64,000 nt of DNA from Tubulanus polymorphus (lineage: Eukaryota > Animalia > Nemertea), in assembly GCF_964204645.1 (NCBI RefSeq), contig NC_134031.1, positions 5,704,001 through 5,768,000 on the forward strand. The letters run 5' to 3'. Under the pieces are notes generated by a model that worked only from the letters and a program-made list of their open reading frames with translations, was not told where the DNA came from and did not search any database. How positions within the stretch are numbered: the stretch's first letter is position 1; each line of letters begins with the position of its first letter. Shown piece by piece: positions 52,101 to 64,000 of the stretch. The position numbers and the translations under genes were made by a program.

Positions 52101-55100
52101 AGTGTTTTCAATAAGAAATTAACAAGCCAGGTCCCTTTGAAAAACAGGAGGGTCCCATAATTTGTCACAGTCCCGGAAATGAAAGCTGGTTTGAAAAAAC
52201 AGGCGGGACCTTTACAAACCACAGACGGGTCTGGGACCTGGCTTTTATTGAAAACACTGCTGGTCGAAATTAACACCAGTCTACAAAATTGGCCGCTTTG
52301 ATTTAAGATGTTCAGTTGGTGGAAACCTTTTTTCATAAAATAAATCCTCACTCGTACTACAAATAAATCATTCGTGAATTATGTTTTTTGTCTTAAGGTT
52401 CTCTTGGATAAAAGTAGCTCGTTGTCGAGGAAAGACGAAGAACAAGATGAACAGGTACCTCGTTCGAGGCAATACTAATCTGTACAATACAATACTTTAT
52501 CATCATTCAAAATGTGCTTAATCAGTAGTTCGTGTATCGATTTATAGGAGGCGCTTATGGAATTTAGTGACGATGATGATGGTGACGATGATGAAGACGA
52601 TGAAGAATTCCAGCGTTACAAACAACAGTTATCGATGCTCAAATCTCACAAACGACACGAAGAAATGGCCAGCGATATCGAAGACGTCGATGACGACGGT
52701 AAACAGCGAGACTAAGTTCTTAGAAATCTTTTAATCGTGCTGTTCGCGTGTCGTTTATAACTTTGTTTTTTTTCTTCTATTTATCAATTCGCGACCGATA
52801 GATCTGCTGAACGATAAAGCGTGGGGCAAACAGAGAAGTCGATTCTTTGGAGCCGATGCAGACGAAGACGACAGACGTGAGTTGAATTTATGGCCCTGGA
52901 AACAAACCTCATGAAAACCCTTTCTCGATGAATTGGTACTTTTAACTTTGAATGTGCCTACACATTGTCAGTTCTAGGTTGGGATGTGCATCTTAAGGGT
53001 ATGGTAAATTTACCTTTTATCTGGGGGATGGATAAGTTATGGAAAACGAAATTGGGAAATGCTCCTAAACTGAAAATGTTTAAAAAGGTGCTTGAAATTC
53101 CTTTTATCTGAGCAAAATGCCCAAAACTCATCTAAAACTCCTTCAAGTTTGAGAAATAGGCAATTAGAAATGTTTGCACATGTAGTTGTACAGTAGACTA
53201 TAAGACTATGCATAAATCGGGACAGTTGGGATGAGGATTTTTGAAAATACCTTACATCAAGGAATGACTGATCTGGTCCCCGTTTAAAGGGCTCTCATGT
53301 ATTCTAATATTTGCGTTTATGATATTGTTCAGTAATCAGTGATGAAGAAGAGGCCGGAGTCGCTGAACTCGAAGAACAGGAAGCGTTAGCCATCCAAAAA
53401 CGTATGGTTGAACAGTTGGACGATCAAGATTTTGGTTTCGATATATTCAAAGTAAGTTTATATAAACTCCCAGGCCATAATTTGATTGATAGTAATGTTA
53501 TGATATTGAAGTTGATCTTTATAGTTAGGATCCCAGCACCCAGAAATGCAACTTATGATTTTCTTTTCCCTTTCACTTTGAGAAACAAATCTGATGATAA
53601 TCTCATAAGATTTCTTGATTTAAAACTATTAAATCATTAAGGTAACTAGTAGAGGCACAACCATACATGAAAGATAACTTTCAGGGTCCCTAAGACTCCT
53701 TGATCCTTCAAAAACTCTTAAAGGTGCTGAATGCTCTTAAAGTTGCTTGGAACTCCTTTGAGTTAAGAAAATGCCAAGAACTCCTTCAAATTTGAGAAAT
53801 AGGGTGATTTTTGTCTACTTTTAAGTTGTACAGCCTACACCTAAATCGGTACAGTTTGGACCAGGTTTTTTTTTAACCAATTTAGGCGGTTACTGAACTA
53901 GAAATTGAGTTCATGTAATGTATAGGATAGAAGTGCTTACAATTAGAACAATCATTTTTCCTCGAAACTTGAAATTTTCTCTTTAAGAACTCCTTGAAAA
54001 CTCATTATATCTTGAAAACCTTATATCCATGAATGACTGATCTGTAGGACCATGACTTAATACATGATCCATTGTAACCAGTAAATAGTGCGGTTTGAGA
54101 AAATTCTAATTGAATTGATTACCGTTAGATTGTTTTGTTTACGAGTTTTAGTGTTTGATCTTTTCCTCAGGCTCCCGAAAAGAAACCCGAGATCGAACCG
54201 ACGGAGAAACTGAAAATCAAAAAGGATCTGTCCAAGTTGACGAAACGCGAAAAGTTGGAATTGTTGAAGAAAGAATCGCCGGAACTGTTGGACTTGATCG
54301 CCGACTATAAAACATACCTGCGAGAAGTGAAAGATCGATTTTATCCGCTTCAGAACTTAGTGAAATCGGGAGTGGTGCCGCCGGGGAAAGGCGCCGATTA
54401 CATTCACAACAAATTCATGCTTAATCTCAAGTGAGTTTCACTCTATTTCGATTTTCGATACATTTCGACTAGTCTAGTTAGGTCTGAAGACTCGGATATA
54501 AGAAGCATTATGCATTCATTTGATGGCATAATGAAGCAAATATTTGTCGAATGTTTATTTGAAAATTTGAGTGAATTTTTTTTTTTCGATATTTTTGCAG
54601 TTATTGTATCAATATAAGTTTCTATTTGATGTTGAAAGCGAAACTCGTGCCGATTCACAACCATCCGGTCATCGCGAGAATCGTGCAGTACAGAAATGTA
54701 AGTTGAGTTATCAGTATTTGTGAGTAATTTGCACGCGATACCCATTCAATTGTCATTCACAACGCAATAGTGGTCTTGTACGCGATGTCTAAACATCATG
54801 CATTTACATACATTGATTACAAGTAAAATCCTGATCAGACCAAATTCTGAATTGTACATATCATTGTACCTGGTCACCAATTACCTCCATAGCAAACAGC
54901 GAAGCAGTTCAAATGCCCCATTAAAGACAAATTTGCCTATTTTCCCTTTCAGCTTCTGAAACAAATAGAACCATTAGATATCCAAATGAAGCCTCAAATC
55001 GACCTGATACTCGAAAAATTGGAAAAAGGCGAAACGATACGAATTAAAGCTGATAAGGAGAAAAGCGGAGGTGTCAAGAAACAATTGAAAAAGCAAGTTA

Positions 55101-57020
55101 AATTCACAACGGCAAAGTGAGTATGAGCTTGTCATGAATTGATGTTCGTACTACACGAGATTCTTTGTTACCTATGAATGGTCATCGTATATTATTCACA
55201 GACGCACGTCAGCTAAATCGAAACTTCGCGTAAGAAAAACGAAAAAGATCGAACCAGACGCGAAACGACGCAAATTATCAGAATTGATTAGCAGCGACGA
55301 CGATGACGAAAGTGGAGATGACGGCGATGAAGATTTTGAAGAGGAAATATCTTTTAAACCATCGGTAAGCACGATATGATAGACTTACGGTAACTTTAAT
55401 TGGGCCAGGCACCGGTGTCTATGTACTCGAGACTGTAGACTCGCAACTAAAAATGAATTAGTTCAAATTTGGCAATAATGTCAAGTTTAGAGATAATTCG
55501 ACTTCAAATGATTCAAGTTAGATAATGAAATTACATTAATAACTACTGTAATTGATGTATTTATAACTCTAAAGAATGCTATCATCTGGGTCCAGTTTGG
55601 CGAAAGACTTTTGATTCAAATCTTCCGTTCAGTTGCTATTGGTCATATTTTGAATATCAGCAAACGCAAGTTTTTCATGGAACTGGATCCAAGTCAAGAT
55701 GGATAACACTGCTGTACACATTAACGATGGCTTTAATAATTCAGATTCATTAGTTTCATTCTGTGATTTATGATTGTTTCGGTTTTTAAGTCGATGGTTG
55801 GAAAATCTCGGTCAGCAGCAGACGACGCCAAATTTGAGACAACGGATGAAAAAGCGGCGCTGGAATATTACCAGATGATGAAAGCCGGCCGTGGACAAAG
55901 TAGGCCGGATATTGACGATGAAGGGGACGAAAATGATCATATATCATATGGTGGTGAAGATGATAAAGATGTAGAGGGGGAGGAGGAGGAAATCGGACGT
56001 AGAGCGATTAATAAACAGGTAATTTGATTTTATCAATTTTATTAACTATTGCAGCGTTAAATGTTAGGAATGTTCTGCTCTAGCCTTTTTCCTATCAATA
56101 GGGAAAAAGAAACCTCGAACATCATCCCCCTCCCCGAGTGGTGCTGAGCAGGGTAACGGATATGGAAATCAGCTTGTATTATTATTATTTTACAGATCGA
56201 GAAAAACAAAGGTTTAACTCCTCACCGCAAGAAAGAACAGAGAAATCCTCGCGTCAAACATCGTATGAAATTCAGAAAGGCTAAAATCAGACGAAAAGGA
56301 CAGGTACAAGAATATTATTCCACTTTGATTCATGAATACACTTCTGATAATGTTCTGAAAATTTTGACAGAGACAACAGAAATTCTGTAATAACAATTCA
56401 TCAGATATAACTGACCGGAATTTGGCCCACAAACAGATTTTCTGGTTCCCTGCTGTCCAAGAGTGTCACATAGAATATGATAGAACTATTGGTTATAATT
56501 AACCGATTCTTCGGTGCCTGCAGTGTCTTGTAATGAGGTTCCACTATTGTCTTAATCCATAAGGAGTAAAGAACTATCGGTTATAACAAACATATTTATT
56601 TACTCGTTCTCTGAAGATCGTTTCTAAAAGGTTCCAGTTTCCCCATAAGTTAACGTCTAATTTTCAACTAAACAAGATTGAAATTGCTGCAATCACCCGA
56701 TAGCAACCATTACATTATACTGCTCAATAATCTGCCAATTTTGACTTCCCGATTACGGAAATATAGTTCATTTTCAAATCAAATAATGTTTGCTTATTCG
56801 CCTCACTTTGTTAAGCACTTTAACACCGTTGTGGTCCGAAGAGAAGCAGATGAGCCTAATGTATTCAACTGCTGTATCTTGAAATGTTATGTAAGTAAAT
56901 GTTCGCTTATTCATTTATCCATTTCAGGTTCGTGAAGTAAGAACTGAGACGACTCGATACGGAGGTGAATTATCTGGTATTAGAGCTGGAATTAAACGTT
57001 CTATCCAAATTAAAGCTTAA
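49111..57020 (+). CDS. UTP3: SSU processome component UTP3/SAS10
   Basis: Exons 49111-49124 (MGKKR), 50501-50639, 52398-52454, 52548-52698, 52802-52876, 53333-53451, 54171-54430, 54601-54697, 54953-55116, 55202-55364, 55791-56018, 56196-56303, 56928-57020; LLKKESPEL, HPVIARI, RRAINKQIEKNKGLTPHRKKEQRNPRVKHR, YGGELSGIRAG. Confidence 0.95.
51810..52007. mobile_element. Tc1/pogo-like MITE (CAGT..ACTG, TA flank) containing a perfect 60-bp palindrome
   Basis: Termini cagtaaaccacgccttactcg / gagttagtcgaggttaactgta; palindrome 51835-51894. Similar tacag...tgta elements at about 47508-47697, 57114-57211, 58914-59123, 59892-60064. Confidence 0.65.
52100..52259. mobile_element. MITE with CAGTGTTTTCAATAA TIRs and 5-bp TSD (ctggt)
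   Basis: TIRs cagtgttttcaataa / ttattgaaaacactg; ctggt at 52095-52099 and 52260-52264. Confidence 0.85.
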
Positions 57021-58268
57021 AATAATCTTCTTCGTAAAAAATTTTAGTAGTTTTCTTTTGCAATTCGTCTGGACGACTACATCTTCAACCAGGGTTTATA
57101 TCATCTCTGATAATACAGTAGACTGCCCTCATCTAATCAACCTAGAGGTGGTCATTCAACTCGTACAAATATTCATGGTCCCAAAGTCTGACTTGAGCCA
57201 AGTCTAGTGTATTGCCATTAGTTGGAAATATTACAGTTGACTATCATTCAGCTCTACCATTTTCAGACATTCTTCATTGTCAAAGGAAACTCTCAAATCT
57301 GTCAACTGTACATTGATGTAAAGCCCCACAATCGAATTGTATACGATCATTGTAATCTTCGTCATGAAGGAAAATCTTGATTTCATTGGAAAGTGTGACA
57401 TTATGAGGCAACCAGGTATATCTAAGTTTGTGTCGGTGGTCATCTTTGATTAAAAACCCTTGCAGACTATTTAGAATACAGGGGGCTAGTCACTCAAGTG
57501 TAAAAACTTTCATTGTTACTGTTTAAATAATCTGCAGGGGCCGGTTGCATAGTCATGGCCTAGACTTAAGACCAGTCCAAGACCAACTTAGTTCTATAGG
57601 CAATCTAACAACTTAAGACCAGTCTTAAGATTTAAGACAACTTTTCGACTTAAGTCATGACTGCGCAACTGGCCCCAGAAGATTAACCTCGACCACCTTT
57701 CAAGCAACAGCCCTGATTCTTTGAACAAAAGCGCATTAAATATTTCAATTTTTATTTATTTTATTTTCAACAGATTTTCAGTAACATTATTTTCATAAAA
57801 ATGTGATGAACATTGTTTGTAAAAACATTTCGATAAATAACAGGCTTTTAGGATCGGGGTCATTCATTCACTTATGAACAGTGGTGAAGGCATCCATTAC
57901 AGATCCAAATACATGAATGTCTTTTAGATATACCACAACCTGCACTGTTATGTATTAAGAATAAAAGATACATAAGAGCCAGGGCTGTACCTAACATTTT
58001 AAAGTTGAGAAGGCAGAGAAACCCGAAAAAGGGCAGTTGTCTACAGTCCAAAAACTGTTCGGCCTATTACAAAATGCTTGTCAGTCCCAAGTGAAGTTTT
58101 TCTACATTAAATTTCTATTGGATGTAACAACAATATTTGCAAAAAGGGCTCTCTTCTAAATTTTCTGGGGGACTGGTACCCACTATGTACGGCCCTGAGA
58201 GCAATATTTATGGTTATAAAAAGATGACCTCTAGTCTAAATGCAGATTTCTCATACGAGTTTCCCCGG

Positions 58269-61200
58269 CTATATGACGACAGTTGGAACTAATTCCTGAT
58301 TTTGCGTCGCTCTGGAACTAGAACAGCCCGGGCAGGAATGCAACGACTCGTGAATAAACATATCACAATCGGTACAGAAAATCTTCGTACACTTTCCACA
58401 TTGAAAAACCTACAAAAATAAAATCAAGTCTTCAGTTTAACTTGTGGCATTCAAGGAGTTAGAGTGCAAAAATGTCATTTTTCAAATGTTGATTTATTGT
58501 TAATAGGACTGAGTTTACCGTACAAAACTTACGCTAGTTTTATTCAGTTCTTGTTGGCAACTGTAGCAATACAGACAATTCTGGTCGAACTGCTCGGTTT
58601 TGAGTTCGGCAAACAACGGAAGAGGAAACAGATGATGATAAGATCGAGCTAAATGCGGAGCCGATACAAGCGTTAAGCCTGCGAGAGAGAAGGCAAAATG
58701 AAATCGAGTATTCACGAGGATTAGTGTGAAGAAGTTAATGGAAATGTGACATTAAAAGTTAACTCTGATCCCACAATCAACCCTGCTTAATCCGGATTTT
58801 GATCTAATCCAGATATCATTTACAGTTCACCACCTATACAAAAATGTACGTAAAATATGATGTTTAATATGGATTTCTCATGAACTCCCAGATGATCCGA
58901 ATTCTATTGCATATACAGAAGACTCCACCTATAGCAGTATTGCTGGAACTAGCAAAACGTTATTGCTAAAGAAAAATATATAGATTTGGTTTTTTGATGC
59001 TGGTATAGATTTCCAGATTATTTCACTTCGACAAACAGAGGGGACAGGAATTACTTAATATATTATTCTAGTTTGAACGGATTTCCGTATAGACCAGCAC
59101 CGCTCTAGCCGGAGACTTCTGTATTTGATAATCTAAGTAAATAGCTGTCAATTTTCGCTGGAACTTACTTACCACACGCTTTGCATTCAACCGGTAGTTC
59201 GCAGTATTTACTTTTGCATTGAGGACAAAAGTAACCGACATTGCTGAATCCGTTGCTCAATTTACTGTCTAAATGACTGAAACAAAAAACCAATTTCATG
59301 ATGGACTCACTATCGAAAAATTAGTACCATAAAGAGCAGGCGTGTTAAAACTCACCACATGCACAGAGAAGGGCTTTCCTGATCCATGTTTGCATTCAAC
59401 TGATGATGAGGAAATCCTGTAAAAAAATCCCCAAAATGACAGATAAAACCTGGGCAACGGGCAACGACAGATACATAAGACTTAGCAGACGGAAGATCGA
59501 GAACCGTTAAATTATGTCAACAGGAATAAATTCCTACCCATACGTATTAGCGATGATTCTGTGTTAGTCTGAAACAAAATCAATAAGATAGCTCGATGAT
59601 TTAAACGCTAAACACGAATAACGACCTTGAAGAGATTCTGTTGTATAATTACCGTAGATGGTGCTGGTATCACATGCGCCAATAATAGATTCTTAAAATG
59701 AGTTTCATCCAATATCACATCATATCTTCCTACAAACACATCGGAATAATGATAAAACCATAAGCGTATTAGACATAATTGAATAGTCATCATTGCACAA
59801 GCAATTAGCTTTTAGACCCAAGTCAAATCTTCTAAGATGTCATATTGGAATCTCTGGATGAAAAGAATGGGCAATAATCTTATGTAGGATATACAGTGGA
59901 ATCCGCTTAATTCGGATCATTTGGGACCAACAAAATCCATCCGGTTTACAGGGAATCCGGATCAAAAGTCATTTTCTTGTATATTAATGAGCAAATGGAC
60001 TGAAAATCAAATATTATCCCGATTAGACCAAAAATCTAGTTACGAATTAAGTGGGTTTGAATGTATGCAGAGGCAGGTATGAAGATGGTAAATGGACAAC
60101 CGATTACCTACCATGCGTGTCATGGCACAGTTTCTTACAAACTCGTACTTCAGCTGCTAAACCAATTACAGAACATTGAATATTAGCGCTTTTCATACTC
60201 TGTAAAAAGGAAAATGAATTTTGAAAATACTGTATTACACGATGTTGTTCTCAAACATGTCCGTCAAGTACTGGTACGTGTCTTCAAGCAAACCACTAAT
60301 AAAATAGGGATCAGGTAAATGTTCAAGTCGGCTCATGTTTGTTTTTATGAACCCTACCTTAATTGTCTGTAAAATATCACCGGGGTCGCAGGTCGTCAGT
60401 GAACCCATAATTATGAGGATTTCGCGGCTAGTGTGACTGGGCATGTGTCTGAAAAGAAAAATCAGAATGAATCAACTGTAAAGTTTCCATGAATAAGTCA
60501 GATAATGTTCAAGCAAAATGTTGGCTCTGGCCTTTTCCTCACATTTTCAGATATATCACCATCCCAAACTCAGATATATCAATGTCCCAATTCAGTTTTC
60601 TAAGGAAACTCGCCTATTTCTATGGCTGGCTCGGATGATTAGAAATTCATCAAAACCACCGACCGTCAGTTGTAAAAGCTATGACTTTCCTGTTATTGAA
60701 CCAAACATGCCAAAACAGGTTGAGATACGTACATTTAGGCTATGTCTCTGCAGTCGTTAAAAATAGGATATCAGTCGATACAAAGTACTAAGATTGAGCT
60801 CAACCTCGGTTTCTAGTCAAAAACTTTAGAAGAAAAATCAAACTTTCTCATAGTCACCATTTTCTCTAAGTCGTAGAATATTTTTCAATTCAAAAACATC
60901 TGGGATGGGTTTCATAGATGTGGAAGAAAAATAGTCCCTGGGAACATTTTAAAATTTGTCTGTTATAACCATGGTTTCTCATTATAACTATGGTTGTTGT
61001 CACCCAGATTGAGGATTTACCCCTAGGGATAACTTTGATACTCGGTCTATGAATCAGACCAGACGGGTCTACCAGACGGGCCCTGGACTGCATTAGAACA
61101 TCTCTTAATCGTAATGGAAAGATGATTCATCGAAGAAATGAAAACTCACTTTAAAGTTTGCGAAGCAAGTTCGAGGACGTTTTGCAAAGACGGTTCGCCT

Positions 61201-63306
61201 TGACATGTTTTTTTCTGTAGAGTCTTAAGCGCCGCTATGTGTCTCTTCGGGTTACCGCCGAGTTCCGTCAGTTTCTCCGATCGTTTACTCCGCGTGACAA
61301 TAATTCCCAGTTGACTGATCGGATTTTGATCGAAATATTCCTCGACGAATGTTTCCAATAACTGAAAAGCAAAAAGCCAGACGATCAAAGAAAGTTCTAC
61401 AAAATTCTGACTTATATTTCATTAATCTATTTACCATATCTAGTGCCCTATTAAGTGTTACAAACACAGCTCTAAGGCACTAACAAAACACATTTTATTG
61501 ATAAAATTAGAACATAAGTGGTGATAATAAAAGGTGACTAGTTCTGATAAAAGGCTTCAGTGAACAGATACGCTGTAAGAGACTTTCTAAATTGCCTGCA
61601 AAGCTGTCCGCATAGCTTATGTCGCAAAGCTGCGACTTTGACGGCTTTAAAGGCATGTGGCTAAAGGATAACTACGATGCTTAAAGGTTTCGGGTATAAT
61701 CATCGGAATAACTATCGGGCCAAACTCAGCAGCTAGGTTCAGAATATGACTAACTCCGATCTTCTACCTCTACTTCTATACCAATTTATGGCCACCATCA
61801 ACCAATTGATGATTTTGCAATCAGGAGGCGCATGAAAAAAATTTGTTGTTTTTAATGAGTTTATTTAAAAACTGCCCAATGGCGTTAGGCAGTTAGGAGA
61901 GACTTGAAGGCTTCAAGGCTCTCGGCGGTCACCGTTGTGGCGGTAAGGCATTCCAATCAGTGATGGTCCTTGGGAAAAATGACCACTTGCGTGCTTCGGA
62001 TGAACACGCTGGCCACTGGAATGCATGCTGGCTCAAACATAGCGTATTGGCTTGACGAGACGACTAGTGGTGTCTAGGTTGACCATGCCATTGGTAATCT
62101 TGTACATCATGGCTAGTCTGGCATTTCTGCGCCTATTCTCCAGTGTCGGCCAATGAGCTTACCTTCAGAGATGAAAGGAGTCGGTTCGGTTTCAGATCTT
62201 GGTCTTCCATCGCATTCGACATGTCTAATACAAGAAACATGTGTCTCATCTATAATAGATATATTCACTGTAATTTTATTTATCAATCCATTCAACCAAT
62301 CCTAAAAAAACTAGCGGCAGTATTTTCACTAGATTCCTACCATTCCGAGTCGAACATTATTCGGTCTTTCTTCCAGCCTCTTACGTTTAGCTCGTAGCAC
62401 GATTTCATCGATGCTCGCTTGTAACGACCCATCATCCCCTTCCTTTAATGCTTCCCTATATCAATCGAATAGAATCAGTTGCTATATCAAAAGGCCTATT
62501 GTTCAGTTTTTAAATGGTTGCACAAGGCAGGTTCTTGCAGGTTTCCCAATTTCATTTTCCGCACCTTTTCCAAACCCAGATTAAAGATTTTCCACACTCC
62601 TAAGTAACACATTCCCGACCTTGACTGACCAGGGGCTGATTGCTCATGAGTTGGTTAAAGATAACCAGCGGATAAATACTGTAGTAACAATGAACATCTA
62701 ATTGTCATTACGTCAACTATCCACTGGTTAACTCTAACCAACTTGGCCCCGGAAAGTCAAAACTAGTATTTCAGTAGCAGCAGAATCCTGACACTCAAGA
62801 AGGTCAGCATCAGTATGATTCGCACATAACCTCTTCAAGAACTCGAAGGTCTTGTCTAGTGCTTCGCCTTCTACTCAGTTCACCAGAGCTAGTACTAGGG
62901 TCATCCTCGCTAGCCAGAATTCGGGTTTGGGTCTCATACAGGCCCCAGGACAGGGTTTGGGCCTCCTGCAGGCCAAGCACACATACAGCTAATCCCATAT
63001 AACCCGATTCTCTCAAACAATCTAAGTAAGATCTAAACTACGTGAAGCAAGATTAAAACAAGCATATAGCCCGCAATAACGGAACATTTTGTGACCGTCA
63101 AGTGCTGCCACCACAAAAAATTACTTTACACGAAATCAACGATTGTACGAGTCCATGACTAAAATTCAAATTATAACTTCATTGAGTAAATAAGATATAT
63201 ATTTCCTACTAATGTGAATATCTATTTACCAGGTTCGTTCGTATTCCGTCTCCCAGCGATAGAATTTACCCAGTTCTTCGCCAATACCGGCACTGGTGGA
63301 AGCCAT
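58269..63306 (-). CDS. GTF2H2: General transcription factor IIH subunit 2 (p44/Ssl1)
   Basis: Exons 63306-63230, 62455-62341, 62249-62163, 61361-61150, 60448-60358, 60199-60112, 59729-59653, 59568-59538, 59416-59356, 59276-59173, 58678-58533, 58409-58269; [68 protein letters not shown]-terminal [16 protein letters not shown]. Confidence 0.97.
61425..61625 (-). mobile_element. Degenerate L2-like LINE 3' end
   Basis: Minus strand reads ..[14 protein letters not shown] followed by a degenerate gtgccttagag...ggcactagat 3' stem. Confidence 0.5.
61860..62153 (-). mobile_element. CR1-like LINE 3' fragment in GTF2H2 intron
   Basis: Minus-strand translation [22 protein letters not shown]... then (frameshifted) [15 protein letters not shown]...[10 protein letters not shown], typical CR1-group ORF2 C-terminus. 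Confidence 0.8.
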
Positions 63307-63518
63307 CTTTTAAACAGAACCGTACAGTGGCTCCGCCACCAATTAGCCGTGGCCTAATTGCCTGCCAATCATTCGTAACGGACCAATCACGATCCTCAAC
63401 GCCTACCGGAAGTGAACGGCGAGGGCTGTAAATTTTTCTAGAAAAATAAAGAAACACGTGTAATTTCCATGAATATTAGAGATGTTTTGTCGACCAGTAG
63501 GTCTCAATAGTGTTGAGA
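63307..63518. promoter_or_regulatory. Compact bidirectional promoter (GTF2H2 / SLC5)
   Basis: 212 bp between divergent ATGs; three CCAAT boxes (about 63339, 63365, 63383) and ETS site accggaagtg 63405-63414. Confidence 0.7.
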
Positions 63519-63614
63519 ATGTCGACTGATGTAGTTGAAGGAACAGCGCTGCATTACGGGGATATCATCGTTATTTGTCTTTACTTTGTTTTCGTCTTAG
63601 GGATTGGACTATGG
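63519..63614 (+). CDS. First coding exon of an SLC5 sodium/solute (SGLT/SMIT-like) symporter; gene continues off the right edge
   Basis: MSTDVVEGTALHYGDIIVICLYFVFVLGIGLW then GTGAGG donor; matches the SGLT TM1 pattern DIxVIxxYFxxVxxxGLW. Confidence 0.8.
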
Positions 63615-64000
63615 GTGAGGTTATTTCTTGTGATTTTTGTTCGCTAATAAAAAAAAGTGTAGACTGTAGTCAATGTGACTGTCATGGTAGTACTAGTAGT
63701 AGTGTAGAGACTGTTTCATTCTGCTGTCACCTGCGGTAGCCTGCGTGCAACTGTTAGGCCTATGCTGCATATACCCACTCTCCATAATCTGTGCTTAACA
63801 TCTCTCACCCACCACAGATCGAGAAGCCCTAATTAGTTCTCTGAAATATGATAATGCCTGCCTTGTTGAACTGACTGGGCAAAACGAAATGGCATATGTA
63901 GGCCTACTATCACTATTAAAATAGCCAGACCCGATAACTGATTAAGATAAAAAACCACTACAGTATTCAAATTGAAATATTAAAGGTGAATTTGATTTTT

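Overview
Eukaryotic, intron-rich (GT-AG), AT-rich genomic DNA from an animal, most likely a marine invertebrate (inferred from gene content and its MITE/SINE/L2/Penelope repertoire; the species cannot be fixed from sequence alone). Left half (1-32.5 kb) is an accessory-looking block: 5' end of a Dispatched/Patched-like membrane protein; a berberine-bridge-enzyme-like (BBE) FAD oxidoreductase with signal peptide and GPI-like tail, disabled by 2 frameshifts and 1 nonsense codon; two tandem secreted PAN-like proteins separated by an L2 LINE; a tandem array of single-coding-exon MATE transporters (3 intact, 2 deleted relics) lacking the canonical coupling glutamates; an Mpr1-type GNAT acetyltransferase; and a small secreted TSP1 protein. 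Right half is housekeeping: POLR2D, a Mn-type CDF (MTP) transporter head-to-head with UTP3/SAS10, and GTF2H2 head-to-head with the first exon of an SLC5 symporter. Non-coding highlights are a Penelope-type inverted repeat with a minimal hammerhead ribozyme, a 59-bp tandem array built from MITE termini, a perfect 60-bp palindrome and many MITEs. All exon coordinates were derived by manual translation and splice-phase checking.
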